Shown: piece by piece, positions 1 to 17,061 of the stretch | How positions within the stretch are numbered: the stretch's first letter is position 1 | How the letters are laid out: every line of letters begins with the position of its first letter | Source of the DNA: Dictyostelium discoideum | Lineage: Eukaryota | Assembly (NCBI GenBank): GCA_000004695.1 | Contig: CM000153.2 | Coordinates: forward strand, 3,680,001 to 3,744,000 | Direction of reading: 5' to 3' | DNA length: 64,000 bases | Made by a program: the position numbers and the translations under genes | Notes under the pieces: model-generated | The model's database searches: none | What the model saw: the letters and a program-made list of their open reading frames with translations, nothing else | What the model was told of the DNA's origin: nothing

Positions 1-821
1 TGGTGGCGTTGTTAATGTTGTATTTGTTGTATTTGTTGGTGTTGTTTGTACATTTGTGTTATTGGTGGTTGTAGTAGTGGTAGTGGTAGTGGTAGTGGCA
101 GTGGTGGTAGTAGTGGTGTTAGTAGTATTTTCAGGTTGTAGAGCAGTTGGAGTGACTACTTGAGGTCTATTATATAAATAAGAAACTTTTATTTTCTTTT
201 TATTGGTATTACTATTACTACTACTACTACTACTACTATTATTATTATTATTATTATCTGGTATCTTTTCTTTATTTAATAAATTATTATCACCATTATT
301 ATCATTATCTTTTTTATCATTAAAACCTTTTGGTATCATCGAATAAGCATTATCACCTAAAAGTGTATTAATTTGAAAAGGTAATTTTGAAAAATGACCG
401 TGTTGTATCGCTAAATCCCTATAACTTGAGAAAATTGATTTTATATGATCAGATTGTATATGTTTATATTTTTCATTCTAAAATTAAAAAAATTAAAAAT
501 ATATATATTAATAATCTTTGCTACATACTATATTTAGTTAAAAGTTTTAAAAAAAAAACTTACTAATTCATTTGATGTAAAATTTTCTTGTTGGCCTAAC
601 CAATTCACTTTTTTTGGTAAAAGGTCATTTTTATTAAAATCTTGAAATAATGATGTTACTAAATTCTTATCGATACCATTTTGACTATTTAACCATCTAT
701 AAACTAAATAATTTATTTCCCTATTTATATTATTGTCATCACATTGGTCTATTTCTTTATTATATATTTCTTTTTCATATTCTTTCCTTTTATCTAATAT
801 TTTATTCTCTGTATTCTCCAT
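1..821 (-). CDS. LisH domain-containing protein, 5' part of the gene. Exon 1 is 821..566, with a GTAAGT donor. Exon 2 is 477..1 and stays open to the window edge, so the gene continues beyond position 1.
   Basis: ATG at 821. The motif REINYLVYRWLNSQNG matches a LisH dimerisation motif. The tail of the track ORF (VSFFFKTFN) is intron read-through. After a consensus GTAAGT...TTTTAG intron the frame runs open for 159 codons to position 1 (checked triplet by triplet). The downstream sequence is rich in N, S and T low complexity. Confidence 0.55.
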
Positions 822-1492
822 TATTTCTTTAATTTATTGGAAAAATATTTATATTGATAGATTTAATTGTTTTTATTATTGTTATTATTATTATTATTAA
901 TTTTATTATTGTTATTTTTAATATGGTATTTTTTTTTTTTTTTTTTTTTTATCTGTTTTTATTTTTATGTTTTTGTGGGGAAAAGAAGGAGAGTGGGTTG
1001 TAAATTAATTGATTTTTTTAATTTTTCATGAGATATTTATAGTTTTTTAAAAAAAAAAAAAAAAATAAAAAAACTATAATTTTTTTGAATTATTTAAATA
1101 ATATTAATGATACAATATTAATATTAGTTTGGATTTTATAATATATATAAATATATATATATTATAGTATATATATATTTATATATTGTGTGAACTATAC
1201 AATTATTTGTGGTGAAAAGTGTAATTTTTTTTTTGGGAGGAAAAAATTTAAAATTAAAAAAAAAAAAATTAAAAAAAAAAAAAAAAAAAAAATTTTTTTA
1301 ATTTATTTTAAAAATTTAAGCGTGCGCGCCAAAACCGTTATTTGTTTTTAAAAAGTGAATAAAAAAAAATTTTTTTTTTTATGAAAATTTTTTTTTTTCT
1401 CCAATTATTTTTTTAAATTATAAAGCAACTTTTATATTCCATAGTTTTGTTAAAACTAAAAAAAAAAAAAAAAAAATCAAAATCAAAATCTA

Positions 1493-2165
1493 ATGACGAC
1501 TTCAAAGAGATCCTTAAAAAGGTCTCTTGAAACTAATGACGATTCTGATTCTGATAATAATAATTTATTAAGTCACTTATTAGAATTGCAATATGATAAT
1601 ATTAAAATAAACGAAAATTGTAATAACAATAATAATAATAATAATAATAATAAAATTAAATATTCTAGCCAAAATGAGGAAAATGGAAATGAAAATGAAA
1701 ATGAAAATAAAAATGAAAATGATAGGTACCAAAAAAAGAGAAAAATTATAAATTCACCACCAAAACCAAATTTTGAGCAACAACAAGCACCACCACAATC
1801 AAATATCCCATTTAGTACACCTAAGAAATTGGAAAATTCAAATAGTTATTTTAAAAGTTTTACACCATTTAAATCAAGGTTTTCAATATTACCAAATGGC
1901 AATAATTTTGGTGGTAATAATAATAATAATAATAATAATACCAACACCAATGGTAATAACAATAATAATAATGAAAATAATAATAATTTAATTCTAAAAA
2001 GTTCAAGTAAAAAATCAATTAAAACTCAAATTGAAAACGTTTATATCCCAGAATCACCATTTAATATAAAACTTAAAACTAATAAAATCATACCATTAAA
2101 ATCACTATCTCAATCACAACAAAATGTTTCAAACAGTCCAATTAAATCATCGAAAATACCTAATA

Positions 2166-2197
<32 letters not shown>

Positions 2198-2336
2198 GAT
2201 AACGATGAAGAAGATATTGATAAAAAATATTTCACAGAAAGTGATATGAAAGATGCAACTAATTTCTTAAATACTGAAATTTATAATACAACAATTAAAT
2301 TTAATATTAATAATAATGATACTGATAATAGTAGTA

Positions 2337-2371
<35 letters not shown>

Positions 2372-3887
2372 AATGGATTAATTGATAATCCATCAGCATT
2401 AAAACAACAAATGTATCATGGTAAACCTCAATTAATTATATTAAAACCTCCCGAGAATGAAAATGAAAATGAAAATGAAAATAATGAAAAAAGTATACCA
2501 TTTATTCCATTTGATTTAAGTTTAAAATCAACTATTCAATTTGTATCATCTACTTCATTCGATTGGTGCAGTAGATCTTTTTCAACATCATCAGTTTGTT
2601 CAACTTCATTATCATTATTTCAAAGTGAAATAGTATCAACATCAACAGCAACAGCAACAGCAACAACAACAACAACAAATAATAATAAAAAATTAGAAAT
2701 AGAATCATCAATTGATAAAGAGAATTCATTTATTAAATCATTAATGTATTATTCACATCCACAATCGATTCAATTACCATGGGATATCAATATACCAGTA
2801 TTTCAACATGAAGAATTTAAACATCAATGGATGAAACAACGTTGGTTAAGTTGGTATGAATCTTTTAATTCAATATATTCAAATTTTAGAGATGGTCAAA
2901 TTAATTATTTTTACCTTTTAAATGGTTTAGAATTTTCAATTTTATTTTTATCTGATCAATTAGATAATAATGATAATAATAATAATAAAAAACAACAAAA
3001 AGTAATAATGAATTCATCAACACCACGTATTCGTTCAATGCTAACAAGAGAGAATATTAATTGGCAAACTCCATTTATTAATTCTCAATTATATAACTCA
3101 ACTGATAGTGGTGGTGGTAGTGGTGGTGGTAGTGAAAAGAATGAAAATGGTAATTTGAAAATCACAAAAAAAACAATTGATCCAGCTTATTATCAAACAT
3201 CTTTATCATCATCACAATTAGTAATTCAAGGTAGTGATCAAATTGATAAATTTTTTAAACTTTTAAAAAAGAAATTAATTTGGTCAAATGATTTATCACA
3301 AATTAAACAGCAGCAGCAACAACAACAGCAACAACAACAACAACAAAATGGTTTAAACAATTCTAATAGTAGTACAAATTCAACTAGCAGTATGAATAGT
3401 TCACAATCATCACTTAGTAATACAATGTTATTATCATCATCAGCTCAAAATTTAAATAAGGTTATGTTCACTCCAAAGAAATCAAGATCAATGGATAATG
3501 TATTTACAAATGTAAATTCTCAACAACAACATCAACAACATCAACAACAGGCTCAAGATGATTTAGATGAATTTGGTGAAAATGTAATGATATTATGTAA
3601 AGATGTACCACAACTTTTAAGTAAACAGTGTTTTATTGGTTCAACTATTCAAATTAATAAAATTATATCATGTGGTCCATTCACTAAATCATTTCAAACT
3701 TCAAAAACTCAATTAGAAACTGCATTTAGAATTGAAATTGAAGGTCCAATCTTACCAGATACCTCCTATGATCTAATTAAGTTATTTTCTTTACATTTTA
3801 ATGATTTTCAATGTAAACAAAATTCTTTACCAATTACATATGGTTTTAATTATTCAAATAATAATAATAAAAATAATGATGAAAAAA

Positions 3888-3920
<33 letters not shown>

Positions 3921-4021
3921 TGAATGAAAAAATGGAAAAATCTTCAAAATTATTAGAAAGAAATGTAATTGAAAAAATTGATTTTATAAATAAAACCTTC
4001 CAAATTACACCTATTGGGTAA
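1493..4021 (+). CDS. Hypothetical poly-N/Q-rich protein of 842 aa, intronless. It has conserved-looking blocks (LPWDINIPVFQHEEFKHQWMKQRWLSWYESF..FYLLNGLEFSILFL and a C-terminal Cys-containing block).
   Basis: A single uninterrupted 2.5-kb ORF in roughly 20% GC DNA. Non-repetitive blocks are interspersed with (AAT)n and (CAA)n-encoded homopolymers. I cannot assign a family. Confidence 0.6.
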
Positions 4022-4226
4022 ATTAAAACATAATTAATTGATGACTTTTTTTTATTTTTTTTATTTTTTTTTTATTTTTTTTTTTTTAAGCAAATCTTTT
4101 TTAATTTTTTATTTTTTATTTTTATATTTAATTTTTTATTTTTTATTTTATTTTTGCAATTATTATTATAAATAATATTATTTATTTATTGCTTTTCGAT
4201 ATCATTTTATTGTAATTAAAAAACTA

Positions 4227-4279
<53 letters not shown>

Positions 4280-4633
4280 TGTATTAAACCACACGAATTT
4301 ATGTATAATTATACTTGCCGCTTTGTAAAATTTTCATATTGTTTAATAGTGTGTATTAAAAAATATTAAAATTAATAATATTTTAAAAAGGTAAAATGTC
4401 TCTTTTATAAAACACACCATTTTATCATAATTTGGTGTTTTACTCCCATAAAATAATAATTTTTTGTGTGTGTGGGTTTATACGTATATGGTGTTGCGTT
4501 TAAATAAAATAAAAAATAAAAAAAAAAAAAAAAAAATAAAAAAAATAAAAAAAATTAAAATAAAAAAAAAAAAAAAATAAAAAAATTATGTGTGTAAAAT
4601 AAGCTTCTAGATGCTCTTTGTTACTAATTAATT

Positions 4634-4664
<31 letters not shown>

Positions 4665-4830
4665 CTAAATTTTGAAATTTCCAACTTGAAATGGAATATA
4701 AATTAAAATTTTTTATTTTATTTTTTTTAATTTTTATATAATATTAATTTTAAAACAATACAACAAATATATTCTCTATATTTTTTTTTAGTGTTTATAA
4801 AACATTCATAATAGAAATAAAGAAATCAAA

Positions 4831-5211
4831 ATGTCTTTTTCAAATGTAGGTTTTTAAAATAATTTATATTTTTCTTTTTTAGAAATAAAATTATTAAAAT
4901 ATTAATTATTTTTTTTTTATTATTTTATATTTTATATATAAAAAAAAAAAAAAAAAAAAAATTATTATTAATATTCTCAGAGTTTAGCTAGATTTGCAAT
5001 CATTTCAAAAAATAGTGGATCAAATGCAAAATATTTACAATACTATCCAGTACACAAATTTAATAAAATGCAATACAATGAAAAGCAACAACATATGAAA
5101 TTCCAAAAAATTTCAAACCCAGCTCCTCCTCAATCCAAATTTAATAAACAAAACACAAATAGCACTCATTTAAATACAAACTCTAATTACTTAGTTGTTG
5201 ACGATGCTTAA
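4831..5211 (+). CDS. Possible small two-exon gene (exons 4831..4845 and 4981..5211) encoding MSFSN|SLARFAIISKNSGSNAKYLQYYPVHKFNKMQYNEKQQHMKFQKISNPAPPQSKFNK...VVDDA (about 82 aa).
   Basis: A 15-nt first exon is followed by a GTAGGT donor and a 135-nt AT-rich intron ending TTCTCAG. An open frame of 77 codons is unusual in this AT-rich context. I recognise no homology. Confidence 0.25.
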
Positions 5212-5967
5212 AACATAAAAAATTATATTAAACAATTATATTTTATATTTTCGATTTTAAAAAATAATAAAAATAAAAATAAAAAAAAAAAAAATAAAAA
5301 AATAAAAAAATAAAATAATAATAATATATAATAAAATAATTTTTTTTAAATAAATAGATTTGCATCTATTTATTTTTAATTTAATCAACAAAAAAAAATA
5401 AAAATAAAAAAAAAAAGGTTATTTCAAAATAAAAAAAAAAAGTAAATTATTTTCACAACTATTTTTAAGTATACTATGAGGTTTAAATATTTTTTTTTTT
5501 TAAAATTTGATAGATTATTAAATTGTTTGTAAGAAACCCAATTTATTTTTATTAAATTTCTTGCTTTGGTTTTATTTTAAAAATTATAAAAAAAAAAAAA
5601 CAAACACAACTCCTCCCTAAAAAAAAATTATTAGAAAAAAAAAAAATAATAAAAAAAATTATTTGTTTTGGAATCCATGAGGAAAAATAAAATTTACAAA
5701 ACAATTTACAAACTTGTAAAAGAGTGGTGTGTGTGTGTGAATGTCAAATAAAGAGGTATGAATGTGTTTTTAACCCATTTACAAATTTTCTTTTTTTTTT
5801 AATTAATTTAATTATGAGTAAACATTTGCTATTTGTAAAAAATAAATTCCATTTTGGTTTATTTTATTTTTATATTTTTTTTATTATTTAATATTTTTTT
5901 ATTTTTTATTTTTTATTTTTTATTTTTTATTTAAATAACAAATAATAAGACCATTAAAATATCTTTA

Positions 5968-6002
<35 letters not shown>

Positions 6003-6006
<4 letters not shown>

Positions 6007-6739
6007 AATATAAAATTAAATTATTTTTATCATTTTTAATTATAAGATCAATCTTTGGGGAAGAAGTTAGACAATTATCATTTTTAAATGGAAATTGTGA
6101 TGGTATTCCATATGCTACGTATGCCAATACATTATGCTATCCAGACACATTTGCAATTGTAAATGAAAGTACAATTAAATTAAGAAATTCAAATGGTTTA
6201 CAAGATTGTAAAGTTGATACCACTAATTACAATGAACAACAACAAAGTGGTGATATTCATAATTTATATCAATGTACTGTTTTATCAGATTCTTATGAAA
6301 ATAGTATCAGTGAAAATTATGATACAATTATAGATAAAAAAACAATTATTAATAATGATGATGATTCATCATCACATCATCATCATATGAAATTCCATCA
6401 TTTTCATATTTATTCACCTATACTAAATCAAGATTACCATTAATGGTAAATGGATATTGTAATCAAATTAAATTATATAATTGTGAAAATTATCAAATTT
6501 ATTCATTTAAAAATGATAGTTGTTTCTCAAATACTGATTCATTTAGTTCATATTCATATTATAAACAAATGTGTAGAGGTGATTCAATTTTAACTTTTAA
6601 ATGTGAAGAATGTTCTTCAAATTCTTTAGAAACTTGTATACTTGATAATACTGAACCTTCAAATTTATCAGAATGTCCAAATATTAAATATACAACAATT
6701 GAAAAACTTTTAAAAGAAATTAAAAATAACAATAAATAA
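6003..6739 (+). CDS. Secreted cysteine-rich protein gene. It is apparently disrupted: ORF 6003..6443 ends at a TAA that overlaps an ATG opening ORF 6443..6739 in the +2 frame. It may be a pseudogene or a frameshift/assembly error.
   Basis: The N-terminus has a signal peptide (MEYKIKLFLSFLIIRSIFG). Both ORFs are Cys-rich (CDG..C, CEECSSNSLETC). No GT dinucleotide exists in the last ~100 nt before the stop, so a splice cannot rescue the frame. Confidence 0.4.
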
Positions 6740-6829
6740 ATAAATAAATAAAATAAAAAGAGATAATTTCATTTTTAAAAATTATTATTTTATTTTTATT
6801 TATTTTATATTTTTATATATAGTAATATT

Positions 6830-6857
<28 letters not shown>

Positions 6858-6860
<3 letters not shown>

Positions 6861-7620
6861 ATTTGGCTTTCCAAAGAAAGTTTGTCTTGGATTATAAGAA
6901 GCAACAATGATGAAAGCGATGAATGGACAAACTAACATTGCATAAAATGCACACCAAAATCCTTTGAAAATGCAAAATGTCCATTTTATTAACATACCTT
7001 CTGAACCTACTGCAACATATATTAAAATTAAACTAATTGGTCCTGCTAAAATAAATCCAACACAACCTAAAATAACTGATCTCTTTAAAACTGATTTCCA
7101 ATAAATACCTATATTTGGAGAGAGAGGAGAAAAGAAAAAAAAAAAAAAAAAGTATTATTAATAATTTTTAAAATTGGATTTCAGAGAAGAGATAAATAAA
7201 ATAATAAATACCAGTTGGAACTCTTCTTATTAATGGATGATTTAACCAACGTTCGTCGATTGGTTGAATCATTTTACCTTTTCTAAGGTCTAAAGTTACC
7301 ATAAATGAACCTGCAATATTCGAAAGGAATGGTAATACAAAACATGTTACTGTGATATCTGTGAAAAGACATTCTGTGAATTTTCCACTATAAGTAATCC
7401 AATAATTTTCGGTTTTTGGATACATTAACCATGTAAGGAAAAAATTTAAAACAAAATTCAATACAAAATTTGCAATTGCTTGATTTACAATAAAATAAAA
7501 CCATTGTTTTCTTGTAAATGGTATTCTATGTGTTGCCCAACCATATTTTGATTTTGGATATTCTTCGAAATCTTCTTCCAACTCGAAATGAACTGGTTCA
7601 TCTTGACTAACTAAAATCAT
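6858..7620 (-). CDS. Multi-pass transmembrane protein of unknown family. Two exons: 7620..7212 and 7108..6858.
   Basis: A 150-aa ORF with hydrophobic helices (FYFIVNQAIANFVLNFVLNFFLTWLMY, VTCFVLPFLSNIAGSFMV). A GT donor follows ...RRVPTG, and the AG acceptor at 7109/7110 restores the frame into a further TM-rich exon ending FFGKPN*. Confidence 0.55.
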
Positions 7621-8402
7621 ACTAATTTTATATATATATATTATTTTATTTATGCGTGTGTGTGTATTATTATTGTTATGGTATTACTTTTTTATTATTA
7701 TTATTATTACTATTATTATTTTATATGGCTATAATGTTATAGTTTTATTTATATTTATATATATATTATATTAAATAAATGAGTCGTTTTGAATTATATA
7801 AAAATTTTTTTTTTTTTTTTTTTTTTTATATACTGTTTTTATTATTTTATTTTTTTTATTTTATTTTTCAAAAAATAAATATTATATTATTATTTTTTTT
7901 TTTTTTTTCAATTTTTATAAAATTTTAAATGTTTTTTTTAAAATATATATATTTTGTATTGTTACTTTATTTATTATTTTTAAAAGATATTTTTTTATTT
8001 TTTTTTTTTTGTGGGGGGTGTTTTTTTTTTTTTCTTTATATGTTTTTGTGCATACAGTTCATAAAAAAAATGAAAATTGACTTGAAAAATTATTTTCATT
8101 TTTTTTAATTTTTTTTTAATTTTTTTTATTTTATTTTTTTTTATTTTTTTTTTTTATTTTTTTTTTTTTTTATAAAAATCTGTGTGTTTTTACAACCCTG
8201 TATTTAATTTTTTTTTTTTTTAAAAAACAAAATTAAAAAAATAAAAAAAATAAAGATATACGTATATCTGTGTGTGTGGTAATTTTTCGATTTGTTAATT
8301 TTAAAAAATAAAACAAAATTAAATTAAATTAAAATAAAATTAAATTAAAATAAAATAAAAATAAAAATAAAATAAAAATAAAAATAAAAATAAAATAAAG
8401 CA

Positions 8403-10416
8403 ATGGATGAGGCTGATGGAATTATCTTAATTACACTCAAAGATTTAGGATGGTAAATATCCTCACTTTTTCTTTATATATTAATCAATAATAAATTAAC
8501 TAATAATTTCTATTAATTTTTATTTTATTTTATTTTAAAATTTATTTAATAGTGAAATTGAAGAAAATGAAACAATTAAAAATTTTGATTCAGAGATGGT
8601 ATATAAATGTATTTTAGCATATTTAAGAGTTATTAATGAACAAAAAGTTATAAATTTAACCAATACATTACCAAAGAATATGTCAGCACGTGTTAATGCA
8701 TGTTCATTGATTGCCAATATTATAAAAGATAGTGGATATAGATCAGAGTTGTCATATCATAATTTATTATATCCAAATGTTAATGATATTAGAAAGATCT
8801 TTATATTTTTAGGACAATTATTACCAAAGAAGGAAGTTGAAAGTGGTGGTGTTAGCATTCAAAAATTGGAAGACCAAATATGTCAATATCTTCAAGGATG
8901 CGTTAAAGAATCATGGATACCTTATTTTTGTCCATTTTCAAAACGTATACCAGGTAATTACTCAACAGCAACTCTATTCACAACCACAGGTGGTAATCTT
9001 AGAATTCCATCACGTGGTCGTCAATTAAAGGTGACACCTGGATTGGAGCAATACTATAGCCAATATTTAGAACCATTAACATTACAAACCAATCGTTTCG
9101 AAGATATTGCACCATCAGTTTTCGAATATAATCTATCGATTTATGCAGAAGCACAAGAACGTGATAATGAATGGAATGATAAAGGTGTAAGCTCTGGTAT
9201 GAATCCAATTGATTATCGTAAGAATAAACAAAAACAAGTTTTATCAAAAATGAATGATTCAATTCGTCAATCCATCATTGATGGTGGAAATAATCAAATT
9301 AGTAGTAATTGTAATAGTGGTGATAGTTTTCTTGATATTATCTCTGAATTTCGTGGTAATTCATTAGATGTTGGTGGTCAATTTAATAGAAAGAAAGCAT
9401 TTACAAATGAATTAAATAATAATAATAATAATAATAATGATAGCACTACCAACACCAATAAAGTTGAGACAGAAATCGAAACAGAAGAACAAAGACAATT
9501 AAAACGTCAAGCTGAAATTGATGCATTACAATCACAAATTGATGAAATTTCAGAATCAATTCAATTACATAATAAAGAGATGTTAGATTTCTTATCATTG
9601 ATGCGTCAATCAGAGAGTGAAAATCTTGAACAAGATCAACAACGTGAAGTATTGGAGAAACAATATAAAATCAAAAAGAAGACATTCTCATTATTGGATG
9701 ATGCAGAGGGTAACATGAAAGAACTTCAATCACTTTGTAATCAAACCTCATCCAATCTATTGGAAATGTCTGGTGAATGGGAGAAGGTTCGTAAACCAAT
9801 CATTGAGAAATACCGTTCACTAAAGGATAAACAAAATAATCAAGCAGATGAAACTAAATCCAAATTGGATCGTATTAAAGAGATGAGAATATTGATAAAG
9901 AAATTGGTTAGTGAAGTCCAACAAAAGGATGACCAATTCCAACAGTTACAAGATCAATATAAACAAGCTCCAAAAGATTCAAATCGTTCACAATATACTC
10001 GTCGTATATTGGAAACTGTGAAAAATATAAAGAAACAAAAAGTTGATATCGATAAAGTACTATTGGATACTAAAAACTTACAAAAGGAAATCAATACCAT
10101 CACAGATACCGCCGTTCGTACCTTTGAATTGGTTAAAGATTTACTCTACAATGATGCTAAAAAGGATCAAACCGCCAAACAAGCCATTAAATCATTTGCC
10201 ATCATTGATGATAAATTCCAAAAACTCTTTAAAACTATCGATGAAACTGGTAACTTTCAAAATAATATTCTCAATCTTAATTCAAAGATTGAACATGTAT
10301 CTCAAAAAACAAATACTCTTAATTCTGATCGTGTAGTTCAAGATCTTAAAAATATTAAATCTGAAAATCAATCTTTAATTAAACAAATTAAAACTTTAAT
10401 AGAAACTAAAAATTAA
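8403..10416 (+). CDS. ccdc22: CCDC22 homologue (coiled-coil domain-containing protein 22, a CCC/Commander complex subunit). Exon 1 is 8403..8452, exon 2 is 8553..10416.
   Basis: The spliced N-terminus MDEADGIILITLKDLGC-EIEENE...VYKCILAYLRVINEQ...NMSARVNACSLIANIIKDSGYRSELSYHNLLYPNVNDIRKIFIFLGQLLP aligns to the human CCDC22 N-terminal domain (MEEADRILIHSLRQAG...MSARFRLAMSLAQACMDLGYPLELGYQNFLYPSEPDLRDLLLFLAERLP). The C-terminal half is a long coiled coil, as in CCDC22. Intron: GTAAAT...AATAG. Confidence 0.85.
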
Positions 10417-10561
10417 AAAAAAAAAAAAAATATATTTATAAATATTTAAATAAAATGGTAATAATAATAATAATAATAAATCTAAATTCGAAGATAAATA
10501 TTGTTTTATTTAAAATTAATTTTTTTTTTTTTTGATCAAAAATTTTCATTTCTCTCTATGG

Positions 10562-10596
<35 letters not shown>

Positions 10597-10695
10597 TAGA
10601 TTTTTTTTTATATATTTTTGAATATAATTTTTATGACAACAACAATCCAACGATTACAAAAAAAACCTTTTTTTTTTTTTTTTTTTTCAAAGTTT

Positions 10696-10734
<39 letters not shown>

Positions 10735-11005
10735 GTTTAATTTTTTTTGGTGGTTTGAAAACTAAAAAGAATTTACTTTTTTTTTTTTTATTTTTATTTT
10801 TATTTTTGTTTTTATTTTTTTTTTTTTTTTATTTTTTTTTTATTTTTATTTTTATTTTTATTTTAATTTTTTTTTTTTTTTTTCAAATCATTATCTTCAC
10901 ACACCCACACACACAAACAAAAATAAAAAAAATAAAAAAAAGATATATGACATTATAATGAAAATATTTTAGGTTTTAAAAAAAATTTATACATTCTCAG
11001 AAAAT

Positions 11006-11036
<31 letters not shown>

Positions 11037-11116
11037 AATTTATTAAACTAAAACAAAAACAAAAAAAAAAACAACCCCACGAATTTACTTTATTTAATAT
11101 ATACCAACTTTAAAAA

Positions 11117-15040
<3,924 letters not shown>

Positions 15041-15619
15041 AGATCTTTATCAAAATTTTACAATTATATTTATTACAAAATAATATTAAATTAAATAAAA
15101 AAAAATTAAATAATAAAATTAAATAAAAATAACAATTAATAATACAAACCAAATAAAAAAAAAAAAGATTAAAACTCTAATTTTTTTTTTTCTTTTTTTT
15201 TTTATTAATTATACAGGATATTTAAAAGTGACTTATTTTTTTATTTCTTCCCTTTATTATTTTTTTTTAGTCAAACCCTTTCAAATAAATAAAATAATAA
15301 ATTAATGGAAAGTCAATAGTTGGGGAAATGCATCTTTGGGTGTGGATTAGAAATTTAAATTAACAATGAAGTTAAAATAAATCAAAAATCCTAAAATAAT
15401 TTTAATAAATTTCTTACGAATTAAAAAAAGTATAAGTAAGACTATTAATTATTATTTATTCATTTTCTTATTTATTTTTTCAAAAAATGTTGATATAATA
15501 TTAGATTATTAAGTTTTTTTGTTTTTTCATATATTAAAAAAAATAATAATTTTTAGATTGTTTTTTATAATAAAAATTTGAGCTTTATTTAAATTTAAAA
15601 ATTTAATTGTAAAAAAAAA

Positions 15620-16444
15620 TTAAGCAGTAGCGTTTAAGTTGAAGATGAAAGAGGTATTATCATCTTGAACAGTATCCATATTTGGTGGGAAAGTTTCTAC
15701 TGGTTTTCTAATTGAAACTTGACCAGTTGATGGATCATATTTGAAATAACAACTACCATTTGCAACCTAATTTTTAAAATAAGAATATTAATATTATTTT
15801 TTTTTATTTGTTTAATAAAATTTTTAAAAAAAAAAAAAAAAATTCTTACATATACACCGGTTCTAGTATCACGCACAGCAACTTGAGTAACAATTTCTGA
15901 ATCAGCTGGTGAGAGTTGTGGAATTGGCATTTGAACGAAATCATCTCCATCACGGCAAACAACTTGTGGGACACCAAATGGAATTAAGGTCATTTCATAT
16001 GATCCGACTGGTGTATTTGCAATATTATCAACAATCTTAACATCAACTGCCCATTGGAAATCACCTGGGATGACTTGGAACTTAGATAAACCATTAATTG
16101 AGGTTAAATCATTGTTGGTGCTACCTTGAGCTAATTGTTCATATTTACCTGGAGTTGGGGTATCTATAAAATTTTTTTTTTAAAATTAAATAATAAATAT
16201 AATAATAAATAATTTTGAAAAGAGAATATAAAGATAATTATGAAATCTTATTTTTCAACATACCAATTTCATTGTGTTCCCAAATGTTACATTTGACACT
16301 TGCACCGACAATACATGACATGAATTTATCATTCCATTCATCACCATAGTTGAATCTTACAGTTTCACCTTCATCATACTCGAATGATTCACCAGTGCAG
16401 TTTTTGCCAAAGAAGAATTTAACTTTTGTTGGAGCTACAGACAT
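15620..16444 (-). CDS. DdCAD-1-like Ca2+-dependent cell-cell adhesion protein (gp24 family; cadA or a close paralogue). Exons: 16444..16264, 16163..15850, 15766..15620.
   Basis: [60 protein letters not shown]...[30 protein letters not shown]...[15 protein letters not shown]...[13 protein letters not shown]...[11 protein letters not shown] matches the DdCAD-1 sequence as I recall it (beta/gamma-crystallin-like N-domain plus Ig-like C-domain). The length is about 213 aa. Introns are GTATGT.. and GTAAGA.. with consensus AG acceptors, and phases are consistent. Confidence 0.8.
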
Positions 16445-17021
16445 TTTGAAATAATTTGTTTGAATTGATAAATTTGATTTGTATTGAAACTTAATGTTTA
16501 TTGATTTGATTTTAAAAAAAAAAAAAAAAGGTCCTTTTATAGTTTTTTTTTTTAAAATAAAAAATAATTATTATTTTATTTTTATTAATAAAATATAAAA
16601 AAAAAAAAGAAAATTTAATTTAAAAAAAAAGAAATTCAAATAATATTGTAAGATCTTTCTAAAAATTAGAATCTCTATTGGGGGAGTGATTGAATTTGTA
16701 CAAAAATAAAATTAATTAAACACCCAAAAATTATTTTAAATAAAAATCCCCCATAAAAATTGGTTTTATTTTATCCATTAGTGAATTTTAGTGCCCAATA
16801 AAATTTTAAACATTTATTTTTTAATTAAATTTTTTTTTTTTTGGTGTAAAAAAAAAAAAAAATTAAATCTGATTTTTTTTTTTTGTCCAATAAAAAAAAA
16901 AAAAAAAAATTTTTGCTCAATTATTAAAAAATCTATGAACGTAAAATGTTAAAAACATCCAAAAAATAAATTGATTGAAAATGGTTATCGGGGTAATTTT
17001 AGTTTGTTAATTAATTGGCCA

Positions 17022-17061
<40 letters not shown>

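Noticed and set aside
534-565. C-terminal tail VSFFFKTFN* of track ORF 534..821.
   Set aside because: A consensus GTAAGT donor follows ...TSNEL at 565..560, so the tail is intron read-through. The gene continues in exon 2 (477..1).
968-976. DUSE-like motifs (CCCCACAA on the minus strand at 968..976, and CCCCATAAAA at 16747..16756) that in Dictyostelium lie about 60 bp upstream of snRNA / Class I ncRNA genes.
   Set aside because: No GC-containing or structured ncRNA-like sequence lies about 60 bp downstream of either motif; only poly-A/T follows. They are probably chance or ordinary promoter elements.
1773-1991. Track ORF of 72 aa overlapping the 1493 gene in another frame (poly-I/H).
   Set aside because: It is an alternative-frame reading of (AAT)n-encoded coding sequence, with low-complexity composition and no start context.
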